Shown: positions 32,377-44,389, numbered from the stretch's first letter. The stretch: 45,323 bases of DNA from Octopus bimaculoides (GCF_001194135.2 NC_068982.1:5979634-6024956); one strand, 5' to 3'. Program-made: numbers and translations. The notes: generated from the letters alone by a model not told the origin.

Positions 32377-32592
32377 AAGGCGGCGAGCTGGCAGAATCGC
32401 TAGCATGTCGGGCGGAATGCTTAGCGGTATTTCGCCCGTCGCTACGTTCTGAGTTCAAATTCCGCCGAGGTCGACTTTGTCTTTCACCCTTTCGGGGTCG
32501 ATAAATTAAGTACCAGTGAAACACTGGAGTCTATGTAATCGACTTAATCCCCTCCTCTAAGCTGCCCTTGTGGTAAAAATTTGAAATCATTG
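32377..32592 (+). mobile_element. SINE family A
   Basis: Full pattern, preceded by (TTG)n. Confidence 0.9.
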
Positions 32593-33199
32593 TTATCATT
32601 ATTATTATTTCACCATTTCAGTAATGTTATTTAATTATGATGGTATTACATCATCATCTTTATTCGGTTATTTTAATAAATCAAGAGATATGCTTTAGAA
32701 AGTTACTCCATCGATGCTCTTTATTGCTGATCAAAACCTCACATCACTTCAGATTCTTTTGATAAAGCGTCATCGATTTAATACTCATTGCTGTCTACTC
32801 CAAATTAAAACTAAACTATATTTACAGAAAGTTAGATTCGTGCAAACTAATCATTGACACGAATAGATTAAATGACGGAGACATTTCAATTTTGTAATTA
32901 ATTCTTCCTGTTTTCCGCTTCTCTCTCATAAAATGTATGGAGTCTGTGTTTAACAAGATAAAAAAATGTTCAAAATATAATGAACGTGCGCAAGTAGATA
33001 TTCTGAGACATTAGACCTTTAGACTAATTAATTAACAATATGTTTTGAAGTAGTATATAATTGTTTTTTCTTTTTTCAGAGTAACTCGAAGTATAATGTA
33101 ATGTATGCTTTGAGTTCATCTTAATTGTTACCCTGCGCGCGTAAGCGAATGCAGAGTATTGTAATTGCTCGTCTTTGTCTGTTTGTCTTTGTTTGCAGT

Positions 33200-33571
33200 G
33201 GATGCGCAATGGCCCAGTGGTTAGGGCAGCGGGCTCGCGGTCGTAGGATCGCGGTTTCGATTCCCAGACCGGGCGTTGTGAGTGTTTATTGAGCGAAAAC
33301 ACCTAAAGTTCCACGAGGCTCCAGCAGGGGGTGGGGTGGCGAACCCTGCTGTATTCTTTCATCACAACTTTCTCTTACTGTTTCTGTTGTGCCTGTATTT
33401 CAAAGGGTCAACCTTGCCACACTCTGTGTGACGCTGAATCTCCCCCGCGAACTACGTTAAGGGTACACGTGTCTGTGGAGTACTCAGCCACTTGTACGTT
33501 AATTTCACGAGCAGGCTGTTCTGTTGATCAGATCAAGAGGAACCCTCATCGTCGTAACCAACGGAGTGCCA
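33200..33571 (+). mobile_element. SINE family C, full length
   Basis: tRNA-like head GGATGCGCAATGGCCCAGTGGTTAGGGCAGC..GGTTTCGATTCCC; tail ..GTCGTAACCAACGGAGTGCCA. Confidence 0.9.
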
Positions 33572-34063
33572 AGAAGAAAGTGTGTTTGCAAAATTTGTTT
33601 GAAAACGGCTGAACGGATTTTCCCCACATTTGGCAGGCATACTTATTGGGATTAATGGCTCCAAATGATGTACATTTGGTTTGATAATCTTTTAAAAAAC
33701 AAAATCAAACTTTCCCGATAAGCAAGTGGTCATATTATTTTATTCACTTTTTTTATCATATGAATCGACTCTCGTCTGCGTGTGTATAGATCATGGTGTA
33801 CCTATGTGCATAGACACGTGTGCGTACATATATACATAAATACATACATAGATATGCGACTCTGTGTGTGCGTAGACTGATGGATGCGAGGGCTTCGTTT
33901 ATTAACGAGTTGATTTCTTAACTTCACCGGAGTGTAAATGCCTATAATAGTATTACTTGCTTATAAAAAAAATGTATTCACTTGTGTCTGGGGAGAGTCA
34001 TTCTCTTTTAGTGCCTTATAATTTAACACACTTACCGGTAAAATTTCCACTCATTTATGTGTG

Positions 34064-34548
34064 TTTCCTTAGGCTAAATAACAATAAAATTCGTCCTATC
34101 CTGTGACTGCCACATTATGTTGGCAAAAATTCATTACCTTATGGTGCTGTTATTGTATATTTCTCTGAGAGATTTAGAAATAATAAAATTTCTGTGTTGT
34201 CGATCAGTGACTGTGTGTCACTTTGAAATCTATATATTTCGACAGCAGTTCAGTGGCGACATCTAGCCAACCAAGCTACTTCACGCTGATAAAGCGCAAT
34301 AACCCAGAAACCGATCCGTGGATGCGAAGTTGTGCTGGATGGAGCTGCTAATCTCCCCTGTTCGAAAATATAAAGACAAAATTCTTTGTGTCGTATAGCC
34401 AGCTGGAAACTATATTTCCTTGGGCTAAATAACAGTAACATTCGTCCCATCCTGGGACTGCCACATTATGTTGGCAAAAATTCATTACTTTATGGTGATG
34501 TTACAGTATATCTCTCTTTGAGAGATTTAGAAATAATAAAATTTCTGT
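34064..34548 (+). repeat. Diverged ~132-bp direct repeats (34064-34195 and 34415-34548)
   Basis: Both read TTTCCTT.GGCTAAATAACA..GACTGCCACATTATGTTGGCAAAAATTCATTAC..GAGAGATTTAGAAATAATAAAATTTCTGT. Confidence 0.85.
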
Positions 34549-34809
34549 TATATATATATTACATATATACATACATAAATCAAAATAAGGAACAAGGATA
34601 TTCTTGCTGGATATCCTTGTTGCTTATTTTTATTTTAATCACCTTGTTTTGAAATTGCATCGATAATACCGTACTAAATGCTGGTGCCTCAACTTAAGTA
34701 CCATATTAATCTGAATCTAAATTTTTGCTGAACTCATCTACCATACACATACATATATAGCTGATACTAAGAATTTTAGCTGACGTCAGCACTTATTTAC
34801 TTCTGAAGT

Positions 34810-34938
34810 TTGGTACTTATTCTATCGATCTCTTTTACCGAACTGTTAAGTTATGGAGACGTAAACACAGCAGCACTGTTTGTAAAGCGGTAAAGCAGTG
34901 ATGCGGGGGAGGGGGACAAACGCAGACACACAAACACA
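34810..34938 (-). mobile_element. SINE family B internal fragment
   Basis: GTACTTATTCTATCG..CCGAAC..AAGTTA.GG.GACGTAAACAC. Confidence 0.7.
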
Positions 34939-35068
34939 TCCAGTCTTCCCTGTCTGGTCTTAAGTAATATCAAGTAGTTTAGTTGGCCCTCGTTACGGAT
35001 AATAGTAGCATAGCGAAAATCGATGTAAGATTTCTCGCCGGGTTTCAAATCCTCCTGACTTATTACAG

Positions 35069-35155
35069 AAACTATGGGAATTATCCAAGAGGCTGACAGG
35101 ATTTTCTGACGCTTTGTGTTCCCCTACGCCACTGGTACCGCTGTCACCTTTGTAA
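35069..35155 (+). CDS. Candidate terminal exon resembling the C-terminus of RDH/DHRS-type short-chain dehydrogenases
   Basis: CTGAC..TTACAG acceptor, then KLWELSKRLTGFSDALCSPTPLVPLSPL*. No other SDR exon found in the window. Confidence 0.3.
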   Translation, partial: KLWELSKRLTGFSDALCSPTPLVPLSPL

Positions 35156-35294
35156 ATGAGGTCGATTCAATTGTTAGTAGCCTCGTCATCACAAGTATCT
35201 GGCCTTATCTCAATGTAGGGTACCATTATCGTCCTAATAAAATTTATAATCAATTTTGTTATTGTTATTGTAATTTTTGCCACTGTCGTGTTAG

Positions 35295-35295
<1 letters not shown>

Positions 35296-35370
<75 letters not shown>

Positions 35371-35405
35371 CATCATCATTTTCATCATCATCATTTTCAT
35401 CATCG
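35296..35405. repeat. (CAT)n microsatellite
   Basis: Direct reading. Confidence 0.95.
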
Positions 35406-35699
35406 TTATTGAAAATTAGCCAAATAGCTAAAGGAAACGGAAGAAGAAAATTGTGTGATTTTCCGGAGAGAATAAAAAAAAAAAAGCACAGAACAAAGAG
35501 AAGGAGGCGGGGAAAAAAATAAATGAACAAAAGCAAATGAAATTAGAATCTGCAGAACGAATGTTACACGAAGCATTTCTCTCCCATATATGTGAGAAAA
35601 ACTAGTGAAAATGGAATATTAAGAACAACAGCGTGCCATCTCGTGTCATCAGAATCTGTAAAAGAATTCTAAATTGTTCCATTTCAATATGCGTGTTTA

Positions 35700-35930
35700 G
35701 CTCAGAAGTGTAAGGGAAGATATTTAGTTATGATTTTTTTTCTTTTTTGGTTTGCAAGATTCTTTATGTGAATTCGTGTGTTGAAACATACTTTATAGTG
35801 TCTGAGGAGAGTCATGCTGTTTTAATACCTTATTAATTAACATAATTATCGGTTTAATTTCCGCTCATTTACTTACTTATTTAATTTTTTTTTTTTCGAA
35901 AATTTTCTTTGATTCTTGCAACCTCTTTAA
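35700..35930 (+). repeat. Unclassified interspersed repeat, partial second copy at about 33985-34060
   Basis: Shared GTGTCTG.GGAGAGTCAT..CCTTAT..AATTTCC.CTCATTTA. Confidence 0.6.
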
Positions 35931-36003
35931 TAGTTGTATGGCTCCTAAAGGCATTAAAATAGAATGACTCAAAGTAGACACACCAAAATAATAATAATAA
36001 TAA

Positions 36004-36378
36004 TCGTTTCTACTGGAAGCACAAGGCCTCACATTTGGAGGAGGGGTGAGTCGATTACATCCACCCCAGCGCGTAATTGGTACTTAATTTATCGACCCCG
36101 AAAAGATGAAAGGCAAAGTTGACCTCAGCGGAATTTTAACTCAGAATATCACGGCAGACGAAATACCGCTAAGTATTTCGCCTGGCGTGCTAAATATTCT
36201 GCCAGCTCGCCACCTTAATAATAATAATAATAATAATAGTAATAATAGTAATAATAATAATAATGATAATAATAGTAATAATAATAATAATAATAGTAGT
36301 AATAATAATAATAATAATATGTTTTTATATATATGTATGTATGTATGCTTTATCTATCTATCTATCTATCTCTCTTTC

Positions 36379-36410
<32 letters not shown>

Positions 36411-36505
36411 CCTATCTATCTATCTATCCATCTATCTATCTATCTATCTACCCATCTATCTATCCATCCATCTATCTATCTACCCATCTATCTATCTATC
36501 TACCC

Positions 36506-36538
<33 letters not shown>

Positions 36539-36550
36539 CCCATCTATCTA
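36004..36550 (-). mobile_element. SINE family A (36004-36216) with (AAT)n and (TATC)n tracts on its 5' side
   Basis: Family A pattern in reverse; simple repeats by direct reading. Confidence 0.85.
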
Positions 36551-36901
36551 AATGATCGATGGAGAAAAGGCGGCACACATGCTATTTCCTGGCTCTCCTC
36601 TCTTGTGAGGTAAATGTGATTGATATCTTACACTTCTGTTTGTTTATGCCTGTAAGAGACCATGGCTAGAGAAAGAATTCCAGAGTAGCTGGGTTTTAAG
36701 TAGGGAGTCTCGTTGAAGAGGTATAGTTTTGACCCTCGTCATTCATGACTAGAATTTAATAATTAAAGTTACTGATTTCTCTTCACTACTTGTATAATTT
36801 CAATTATAAATTCTTTTGGCTACTTCCGTTAATTTGATAGCACTCGTTTAACTGTAAAGTTTTCATGGGGACAGCGACCTGACAGAATCGCTGGAGTCAA
36901 T

Positions 36902-37332
36902 AAGGCGGCGAGATGGCAGAAACGTTAGCACGCCGGGTGAGATCTTTGGCGGTATTTCGTCTGTCTTTACATTCGGAGTTCAAAATTTCACCGAGGTCAA
37001 CTTTGCTTTCATACTTTCGGGGTCGATAAATTAAGTACCAGTTGAGTACTGGTGTCGATCTAATCGATTTAATCCCTTTGTCTGCCCTTGTTTGTCCCCT
37101 CTATGTTTAGCCCCTTGTGGGTAATAAAGAAATAAGAAACGTTAGCACGCCAGGCGAAATGCTTGGCGGTATTTCGTCTGCCGCTACGTTCTGAGTTCAA
37201 ATTCTGCCGAGGTTTACTTTGCTTTTCATACTTTCGGGGTCGATAAATTAAGTACCAGGTGAGTTTTGGCGTCGATCTAATCGACTGGGCCCTCCCCAAG
37301 ATTTTGGGCCTTGTGCCTAGAGTAGAAAAAAA
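36902..37332 (+). mobile_element. Dimeric SINE family A, followed by a degenerate third unit to about 37460
   Basis: Monomer 1 ends ..GGTAATAAAGAAATAAGA and is joined to AACGTTAGCACGCC of a headless monomer 2. Confidence 0.85.
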
Positions 37333-37589
37333 TCGTTGGAATCAATGGCAAAATATCTCGTGTCATTTATTTTAGGTATTTCCACTTTGAATTCAAATTC
37401 TGTTGTGTTCCCCTTTGCCTTTGAAGTTTCCGGGGTTGATAGAATAAAGTAGCTTTCCCGGGTCGTGGAATATTTAGAGGGCCACGAGGTGATTTGTGAT
37501 ATTTGTTTTGGCTATTTGTATCCTGAATTTGTGCATTTGAGTTAATATATCTTTCAATTCCACATCGCACCCGGTGGCTTTTGCAAGTA

Positions 37590-37680
37590 TTTAGCTCAGG
37601 TCGCAGGGTCGAGACAACTTCCTTTTCCCGAAGGAAACATTCCAAAGGAGTGCATTTCCATCCATAGCTAACTAGTAAAA
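37590..37680 (-). mobile_element. Possible PLE GIY-YIG C-terminal remnant
   Basis: ECFLREKEVVSTLRPELN fits an R..E..I..L.P.LN pattern. Short match only. Confidence 0.3.
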
Positions 37681-38617
37681 AGAACTAGGCAGAAGGCACC
37701 CCTGAGTAATTCTTCTGCTTACTGTAGAGTTTGGTGAGTGAGAAGCAATAGAGGCAAAAATTAGAGGTGCGGTTATAACATGTGGATTTAGAAGAAGGTT
37801 GTACGCAGTACAAATGGGCAGAACACAGAGTAGCGATAAAAGAATAGAGGGAAGGGGAGAAAGATAGGGAGAGAGAGAGCGGTAGAGAGGGAAGAAGAGT
37901 TTATGTTTCATTCGGTAAAATGTGTAAGATCCAACTTAGTTGAGTAGCCTTTCTATGTAATCTAGAATGTTTACCGAATAGTAGCAGCTGCACCTCAAAT
38001 ATGTGGGAAATGTTTAAATGTGGGTTGCACCTGTACTCAACCACAGCTGATTAGATCTCAAATAATTATGACACTGCACTGAAGAGGAAGACTAGTCTTT
38101 GAGATGCAATTTTGACAATGGCAATGATGTTCAGGCGTCATACAGAAAATTGCCAGAGCTTGCGAGGCCTAGAATTTTTAATGAGTTTTATGTGTCTAAT
38201 ATGCTTTTAATGAACAGAAGAGTCTGTGGGAAATAACTTTCTCGATAAGCACTCTAATTAGGTTTTAGTTCTTTCGAAGGAGGTTAGTTAGACTTACGTT
38301 AACACTGGGGGGGGNNNNNNNNNNNNNNNNNNNNGGGGGGGGGGGGTACTTGTAGTTTGAAAGTTCAACTACCGATGCAATGTATTCCTTGACTTTGTAG
38401 CAATTTTAAAAAAATGTAATAACGATTTAGGATATTCTACGGAGTTGAAACAAATTGGAAATAAGACATCATATTGTTTTGGATTAAGTTGTATCTTTCA
38501 ATACATCTCAACGCTTCTAAAGCAAACTCTGTTTACTTTCATCATAAGTTGATTTTAACGTTAGCGTCTTATAAAGCTAGATTTATAAATCCTAAAATTG
38601 CAGCACAGTTAGATACT

Positions 38618-38690
38618 GAGCAGTTTAGCTTAAAGGTAAAGTATTTGACGCGTAGTCACAGGGATATGAGTTCGAGTCTCCTGGTTGGCC
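38618..38690 (+). mobile_element. Decayed tRNA-like Pol III head
   Basis: TAGCTTAAAGGTAAAG A-box-like, TGAC..GTCA anticodon arm, GAGTTCGAGTCTC B-box. Acceptor stem is poor. Confidence 0.4.
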
Positions 38691-39756
38691 GGTAACGAAT
38701 TTTTCTGCAATATATGGATAGTTTATCCTGTTCTTGTTATTGTGTTAGTATTATCAAGCGTTTGAGAATAAATTATTTCTGTATCTTTATTAACTTTTAA
38801 GATTGTATATCTGCCATAGTTTTGGTCTGCATTTAATGAATGAGACTTCTTTTAGTGAATAACCAAAACATTAAGTACAATCCGTTTAATGCTAAACTAC
38901 CCTTTGCCATCATTGTAATTATCTTCTACCGTGTCACTCTCAAAGGTTATTCTTTGCCTTTTTCCTCTCTTAAGGCAATTTACTCTCTTGTGCATATATA
39001 TATTGTATATATTTAAGGTCAAGCGTAACGTTAATGCTTTTATAGCGTTATTTTTATCTCGATTAATTTTATCGGAATCCTACCTTGCTTTACCAGTCAC
39101 AATATCTGGGATCTATTAAAAAAAATTTTCTATCTATTTATTTCCTGCTATTATTTTCTTTGTATGTCTTACTCATGATCTGTATAGGACTTTCATGTTA
39201 ACTTGTGTTGACATACTAATTGCATCCTCTAAAATTTGGCAGATCGGANNNNNNNNNNNNNNNNNNNNNNNNNNNNNNNNNATATATATATATATATATA
39301 TACATATGCATATATGTAAACCAGTGCTTTTCGTCCATTTTTTCCCTATGAACCCCTTCGATTCATACTTTTCTCGGGTGAACCCTCATAACCGTTACAT
39401 GTTTATTAAAAAATCCTATGGTATTTCTGGAATTGTATAAAAAAAATTTGCTAAAATACTTTTTGCATTGTAGAAATATAAGCGATTTATTGCACAAAAT
39501 GGACTTCGCCACCCAAGAAGTGAGCACGTGACCGATTTTCTTTTTATATCAGCTGGGCATGAACATGTTATTGATTTAGTCTGCAATCATAAGGCGGCGA
39601 GCTGGCAGAACCGATAGTACACCATCGTTAGTATTTTATGAGTTAGTGAGTTGGAAACGTATACGCTCTTTGTGGGTACCTTTTTTGTTGTTTACTGAAT
39701 TGTTGTTGTCTGTTGAACTTGTTGCCGTTTTTTTCTTAGTTTTTTTTTCCCCATTT

Positions 39757-40803
39757 ATGGGTGAAGTCGTGAATAATATGGAAAGTACACCAGTTCAAGC
39801 GGGCAGTTATGCTGCGGTGACTGGCAAAAGCCTGTCAGCGGAGGGACTGCAAGTCAGAGAAATTAAATTACAGGAGAAAGACTTCAAAAAATACAATGAT
39901 TTATTGAGAAAGGAGGGAGATAGGCTGAGGTTGACGCCCCACAAAGAAGTAACAGATAAAACGGAGAAGGTAACAATTGTGTACAGAACATTAAAAATTG
40001 CAACAAAAAAGGTGGAAACAACAGCGGTGCAGGAGTTCGAGGAGTGCCTCAGAGAAATTAAAAACGTAGTGACGTTCTACACCAGAGGAAGGAAATACGG
40101 CACAGTGGAGGTACGCTTCGTGAGTGAAGAAGAAGTGAGGAAATACTCTACTGTGCCTTTGAGATCAGCGGAGTGGGCACTGCTGCCGACTTACTGTGGC
40201 AAACGTGCGGCCAGAGTAAAAATAGGTAAAATTCCCCCAGAAATTGATGAGGCGTGGCTGGCGACAGCCATCCTTTTCAACACAGAGGAGAACACTGAGA
40301 TAATAAGAATATCAAGAACTACGGAGGTGAACTGGTGGGGGTTTGGACTAGAGGTGTTGGTCTATATAAGCTTGCCAGACCTCCACAAGATTGCGGAGGA
40401 ACTGATAATGCCGGACGAAGCAAGGTTGAGAATAGTGGTGGAAGGAAGACCGCTGGTATGTTTTCTTTGTGGAGTAAATGGACATATGAAAGCAAGGTGT
40501 CCTCAGCAACAAGAAAAGGAAGTAGAACAAGAGAAGCAGGAAGAGGAAGAGGAACAGGAACAAAGAGTGGAGGTACAAATGCAAGTAAGCGAAAAGATAG
40601 AAAATGTAGGAGAAAAGTATAGAGTTGGAAAAAGAAGGAAGAAAAGAGAAGAAAACGTGAATTCACCACCCAGAAGTCCACAGGCGAAGAGAAAAAAAAA
40701 TAGAGAGGAGAATCAATGCGAAAGACCAGAGATTCAAAAGAAAAGAAGATTGCGGAGGAGGAAAGAAGTACGCAGAAAGGAAAGGAAGAGAGAAGAGAGA
40801 TAG
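39757..40803 (+). CDS. Uninterrupted L1/Tx1-like ORF1 protein (348 aa from first ATG): RRM-like region, CCHC zinc knuckle, E/K/R-rich tail
   Basis: LRIVVEGRPLVCFLCGVNGHMKARCP contains CX2CX4HX4C. Homologous to the ORF1 remnant physically linked to an L1/Tx1-type RT at 11900-13170. ORF1-like sequence continues out of frame to about 40990. Confidence 0.8.
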   Translation: MGEVVNNMESTPVQAGSYAAVTGKSLSAEGLQVREIKLQEKDFKKYNDLLRKEGDRLRLTPHKEVTDKTEKVTIVYRTLKIATKKVETTAVQEFEECLREIKNVVTFYTRGRKYGTVEVRFVSEEEVRKYSTVPLRSAEWALLPTYCGKRAARVKIGKIPPEIDEAWLATAILFNTEENTEIIRISRTTEVNWWGFGLEVLVYISLPDLHKIAEELIMPDEARLRIVVEGRPLVCFLCGVNGHMKARCPQQQEKEVEQEKQEEEEEQEQRVEVQMQVSEKIENVGEKYRVGKRRKKREENVNSPPRSPQAKRKKNREENQCERPEIQKKRRLRRRKEVRRKERKREER

Positions 40804-41347
40804 CAACAACTAAGAGTAAGAGAGATACGGAGAAGGATGAGACACCGATACCAGGAAGATGAAGAGAGAATAACGACGGAAAACGAGAGTTGGAACCAAA
40901 AGGAAAACACATTCGAACGATGATAAACTATAAAAAGAGTGTAGAGATCGAGAGAAGGATTACAAAAATGAAAAACGGAATCAGATATGAAAGTATATGT
41001 ATATATATATATATANNNNNNNNNNNNNNNNNNNNNNNNNNNNNNNNNNNNNNNNNNNNNNNNNNNNNNNNNNNNNNNNNNNNNNNNNNNNNNNNNNNNN
41101 NNNNNNNNNNNNNNNNNNNNNNNNNNNNNNNNNNNNNNNNNNNNNNNNNNNNNNNNNNNNNNNNNNNNNNNNNNNNNNNNNNNNNNNNNNNNNNNNNNNN
41201 NNNNNNNNNNNNNNNNNNNNNNNNNNNNNNNNNNNNNNNNNNNNNNNNNNNNNNNNNNNNNNNNNNNNNNNNNNNNNNNNNNNNNNNNNNNNNNNNNNNN
41301 NNNNNNNNNNNNNNNNNNNNNNNNNNNNNNNNNNNNNNNNNNNNNNN

Positions 41348-41399
<52 letters not shown>

Positions 41400-41498
41400 G
41401 TGTGTGTATATAGTTTTATAAAGTAGCTTCAATTTAAAGTAACAGCTATAAAGTTTTGTTCTTTACGTATGAAATTTTCCTCTTCTTTGTTTATACAT

Positions 41499-41544
<46 letters not shown>

Positions 41545-41823
41545 GTGGCCAAACGTTCGAATGCATACATACACAAATGCACGTAATTTTAAGAATATTT
41601 CTATCGGAGCTGAAAAATATTTCTTGGAGTTGTGTCTAATTAGTCCAGCGTATATTACAAGTAGCAGTTTTTAATCAACGGCCATGAACTAACAGAAAGG
41701 TAACTTCGCCTTCTGCTAACACCTTTTGCGAAACGTGGGTATGTGTTTGCAAAAATAATAATAGTATCGGATATATAATGAGGACTTACGAAAATTCAAT
41801 AATATACGTTTTCTGAGTTCCTT

Positions 41824-43036
41824 GGTTGTGTAAGTGTGGCTGTTCGTGAAGCTAGTACTTGAAGGCTGAAATGGTAAAATCCGTCAAAATTAATGACACT
41901 ATTTGCCTTACTCGCGGTAGAATTATTATTATTCCACCTTCTGTGAGGTGAGGACAGTGTTAGCAATACATAGAAGAGCGACGTGGCACGCTACTTCGGA
42001 AGCTTATTTTTATGAGTGTAATGATTTTCTTCAGGAAATACTTTCCTTCTTGTAAATCACACACTTAAACGACAGCTGTATAATCAACAATTACAATTCT
42101 TATCTATTTAGTTAAGGTATTTGAATGCAAGTAACTGCTTCTGAAAATTATTTATTTTAAGCTCATATGAAATGATTGAACTATGGTCTCCATTTTATTA
42201 TGGACTCGCCGGATATGGAAGGAAGGAGCGCACTACATTTGACCTATATAAGGTTGGTTAAGAATCCGAACATACTTGCTGGTATTCCTGAAATACGTCA
42301 ATACCGATTTTCGAAAGCTCGTTTCAAGGAAAGATTCAGGAGCATCATGGAGGCTTATACTTTGTTTGGCCATTAAATATTTACTATCAGACTATGATAC
42401 TATGTAAGTCGCGTTTAAGCCGACATAAATATTATTACCGTCGAAGAGGTCTCAACGAACAGACTATTCTTTTCCACGTTTTGCCCACTTTAAACTTCAT
42501 AATATGATGAAACTTATGTTTGAACCCTATGCCTGGAATTTGTTCAATCCGAAAATATGTCCAAACTGAAAATCAACCTCGTCGGTCTCTCTCGTCAGTT
42601 TAGGTCATGTCAGATGTAGGGCTCTCCTTCCTTCCATATCCGGTGAATCCATAATAAAATGGAGACCATAGTTCAATCATTTCATATGAGCTTAAAATAA
42701 ATAATTTTCAGAAGCTGTTACTTGCATTCAAATACCTTAACTAAAAAGATAAGAATTGTAATTGCTGATTATACAGCTGTCGTTTAAGTGTGTGATTTAC
42801 AAGAAGGAAAGTATTCATTACACTCATAAGAAATCATTACACTCATAGAAGTAAGCTTCCGAAGTAGCGTGTCACGTCGCTCTTCTAGCTATTGCTAACA
42901 CTGTCCTCAATTCACACAAAATCGAATAATAATAATAATTCTACCGCGAGTAAGGCAAATAGTGTCATTAATTTTGACGGATTTTACCACTTCAGCCTTC
43001 AATTACTAGCTTCTTGAACAGCCACACTTCACAACC
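41824..43036. mobile_element. Long foldback element: ~420-435 bp inverted arms around a ~350 bp spacer
   Basis: 41824-42246 is the reverse complement of 42601-43036, roughly 90% identical by eye with two small indel blocks. Confidence 0.9.
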
Positions 43037-43990
43037 ATGTCCTTCTTCTCCTTGGTGTCCGCCCTTTTCCATTGTTGAAAATGAAAAGAATCGAGACCCC
43101 TAGCTACCTCTGTATGTAATTCCAATAATGTTGCGTAGCTCCAGCATTCTTTCAGCCCGTGCGACTGTGGTGCTAGCTATCCACTTTCGCCCGGATCTTG
43201 TGATACTTGCTTGTCTGACACGTAGATCTTGTGAGTCCATGTACATCATTACGACTCTACATTTCGCGACTTTGAACTCATCCACTACTGATAACAGGGG
43301 AAGTTGTAAATGCCCGGATCTTATGTACAACCCTATTGAAGTGAAGCTTGAAGGGACAGCTAGCCACCTTTGAGAAAATTTATTTACCCTCCTCTCCGCC
43401 CTTTCTACTCTTGTCATTAGAATCTCATACACCGTCAATAACCGTATGAGCCTTAGTAGCAGTCCGTGTTGGTAGAACCATGTCTTGTATTTTCTTGGAA
43501 GCCCTGATCTTTCATCCTTCCGCATCCACTCTTGCTTCTTAGTATTAGTGACATTGCTTCTGTCAGAGAGTGGATTGTTAAACCTCATTCCAAGGCATTT
43601 GATTGAATTTTCCTCTATTGATGGAATAACCTCTCCTTACACTTGCAGCTTGATTTTGTTGCTTAATTTGTCTCTCCTAATCACCATACTCCTTGATTTA
43701 TTGAGCTTAAACTTCATTTTCGCCCATGCTGCTATATTCTCAGGTAAAGTGAACACCCTTTCCGCCTCCACATGTGTTGTGAGTGTTGCTATGAGATCAT
43801 CCACGGAACCACTTGCTGGATGTTGTTCTTTTGTAATAAAAAATCCTGATATGATTTTTTTGAACTTTGGCCTTAATTCGATGTCATTTTTAAAGTGAAA
43901 CCAGTTCTTCCTCCATTATCTTTGTTTCCTCATTACTGATTTTTAGGAATAATCCAGACTGGTATTTTAAGCAAAAATAGATATCCTGAA
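43037..43990 (-). mobile_element. HERO-like (R2/NeSL group) non-LTR retrotransposon fragment
   Basis: VDDL (43793-43804), WAKMKFKLNKSRSMV, KYKTWFYQHGLL, LQLPLLSVVDEFKVAKCR, SGRKWIA, FQQWKRADTKEKKDMV. Confidence 0.8.
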
Positions 43991-44034
43991 GTTTGTTAGA
44001 CGTCTGTACAGGTGTGAACAATACACTTGGACAG

Positions 44035-44177
44035 AAATTCCGCCGAGGTCGACTTTGCCTTTCATTCCCTCAGTTTAGAGAAAATAAGTATCACCTGAAC
44101 ACTAAGGGTCAATATAATCGATCTGTCTCCTCCCTTGAAATTGCGGGCCTTGTGCCAACGATTTTAAATCACCATTA
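44035..44177 (+). mobile_element. SINE family A 3' part
   Basis: Core and tail. Confidence 0.8.
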
Positions 44178-44382
44178 TCGAACTTCGCACATTAGTAGTT
44201 CCATAACTTACTTGGAAAGTAGAATTATTATTTGAAGACTTCCTCTTCCTATCTTGTGTCTAGGGTAAGTTAGTCAAAGAGACCCCTCCATTCCCTCCCT
44301 TCTTTTTCACATGTCTGTCTGTTTGTCTGTCTGTCTGACCCTCTCCCCTGTTTCTCCTACCTCTCTCTCTTGCGCACGCTAC

Positions 44383-44389
44383 ACACACG

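Noticed and set aside
38306-38347. Poly-G run as a G-quadruplex
   Set aside because: Interrupted by an N gap; true length and sequence unknown.
42176-42376. 66-aa ORF in the foldback arm and spacer
   Set aside because: No recognisable motif; the length is within chance expectation.
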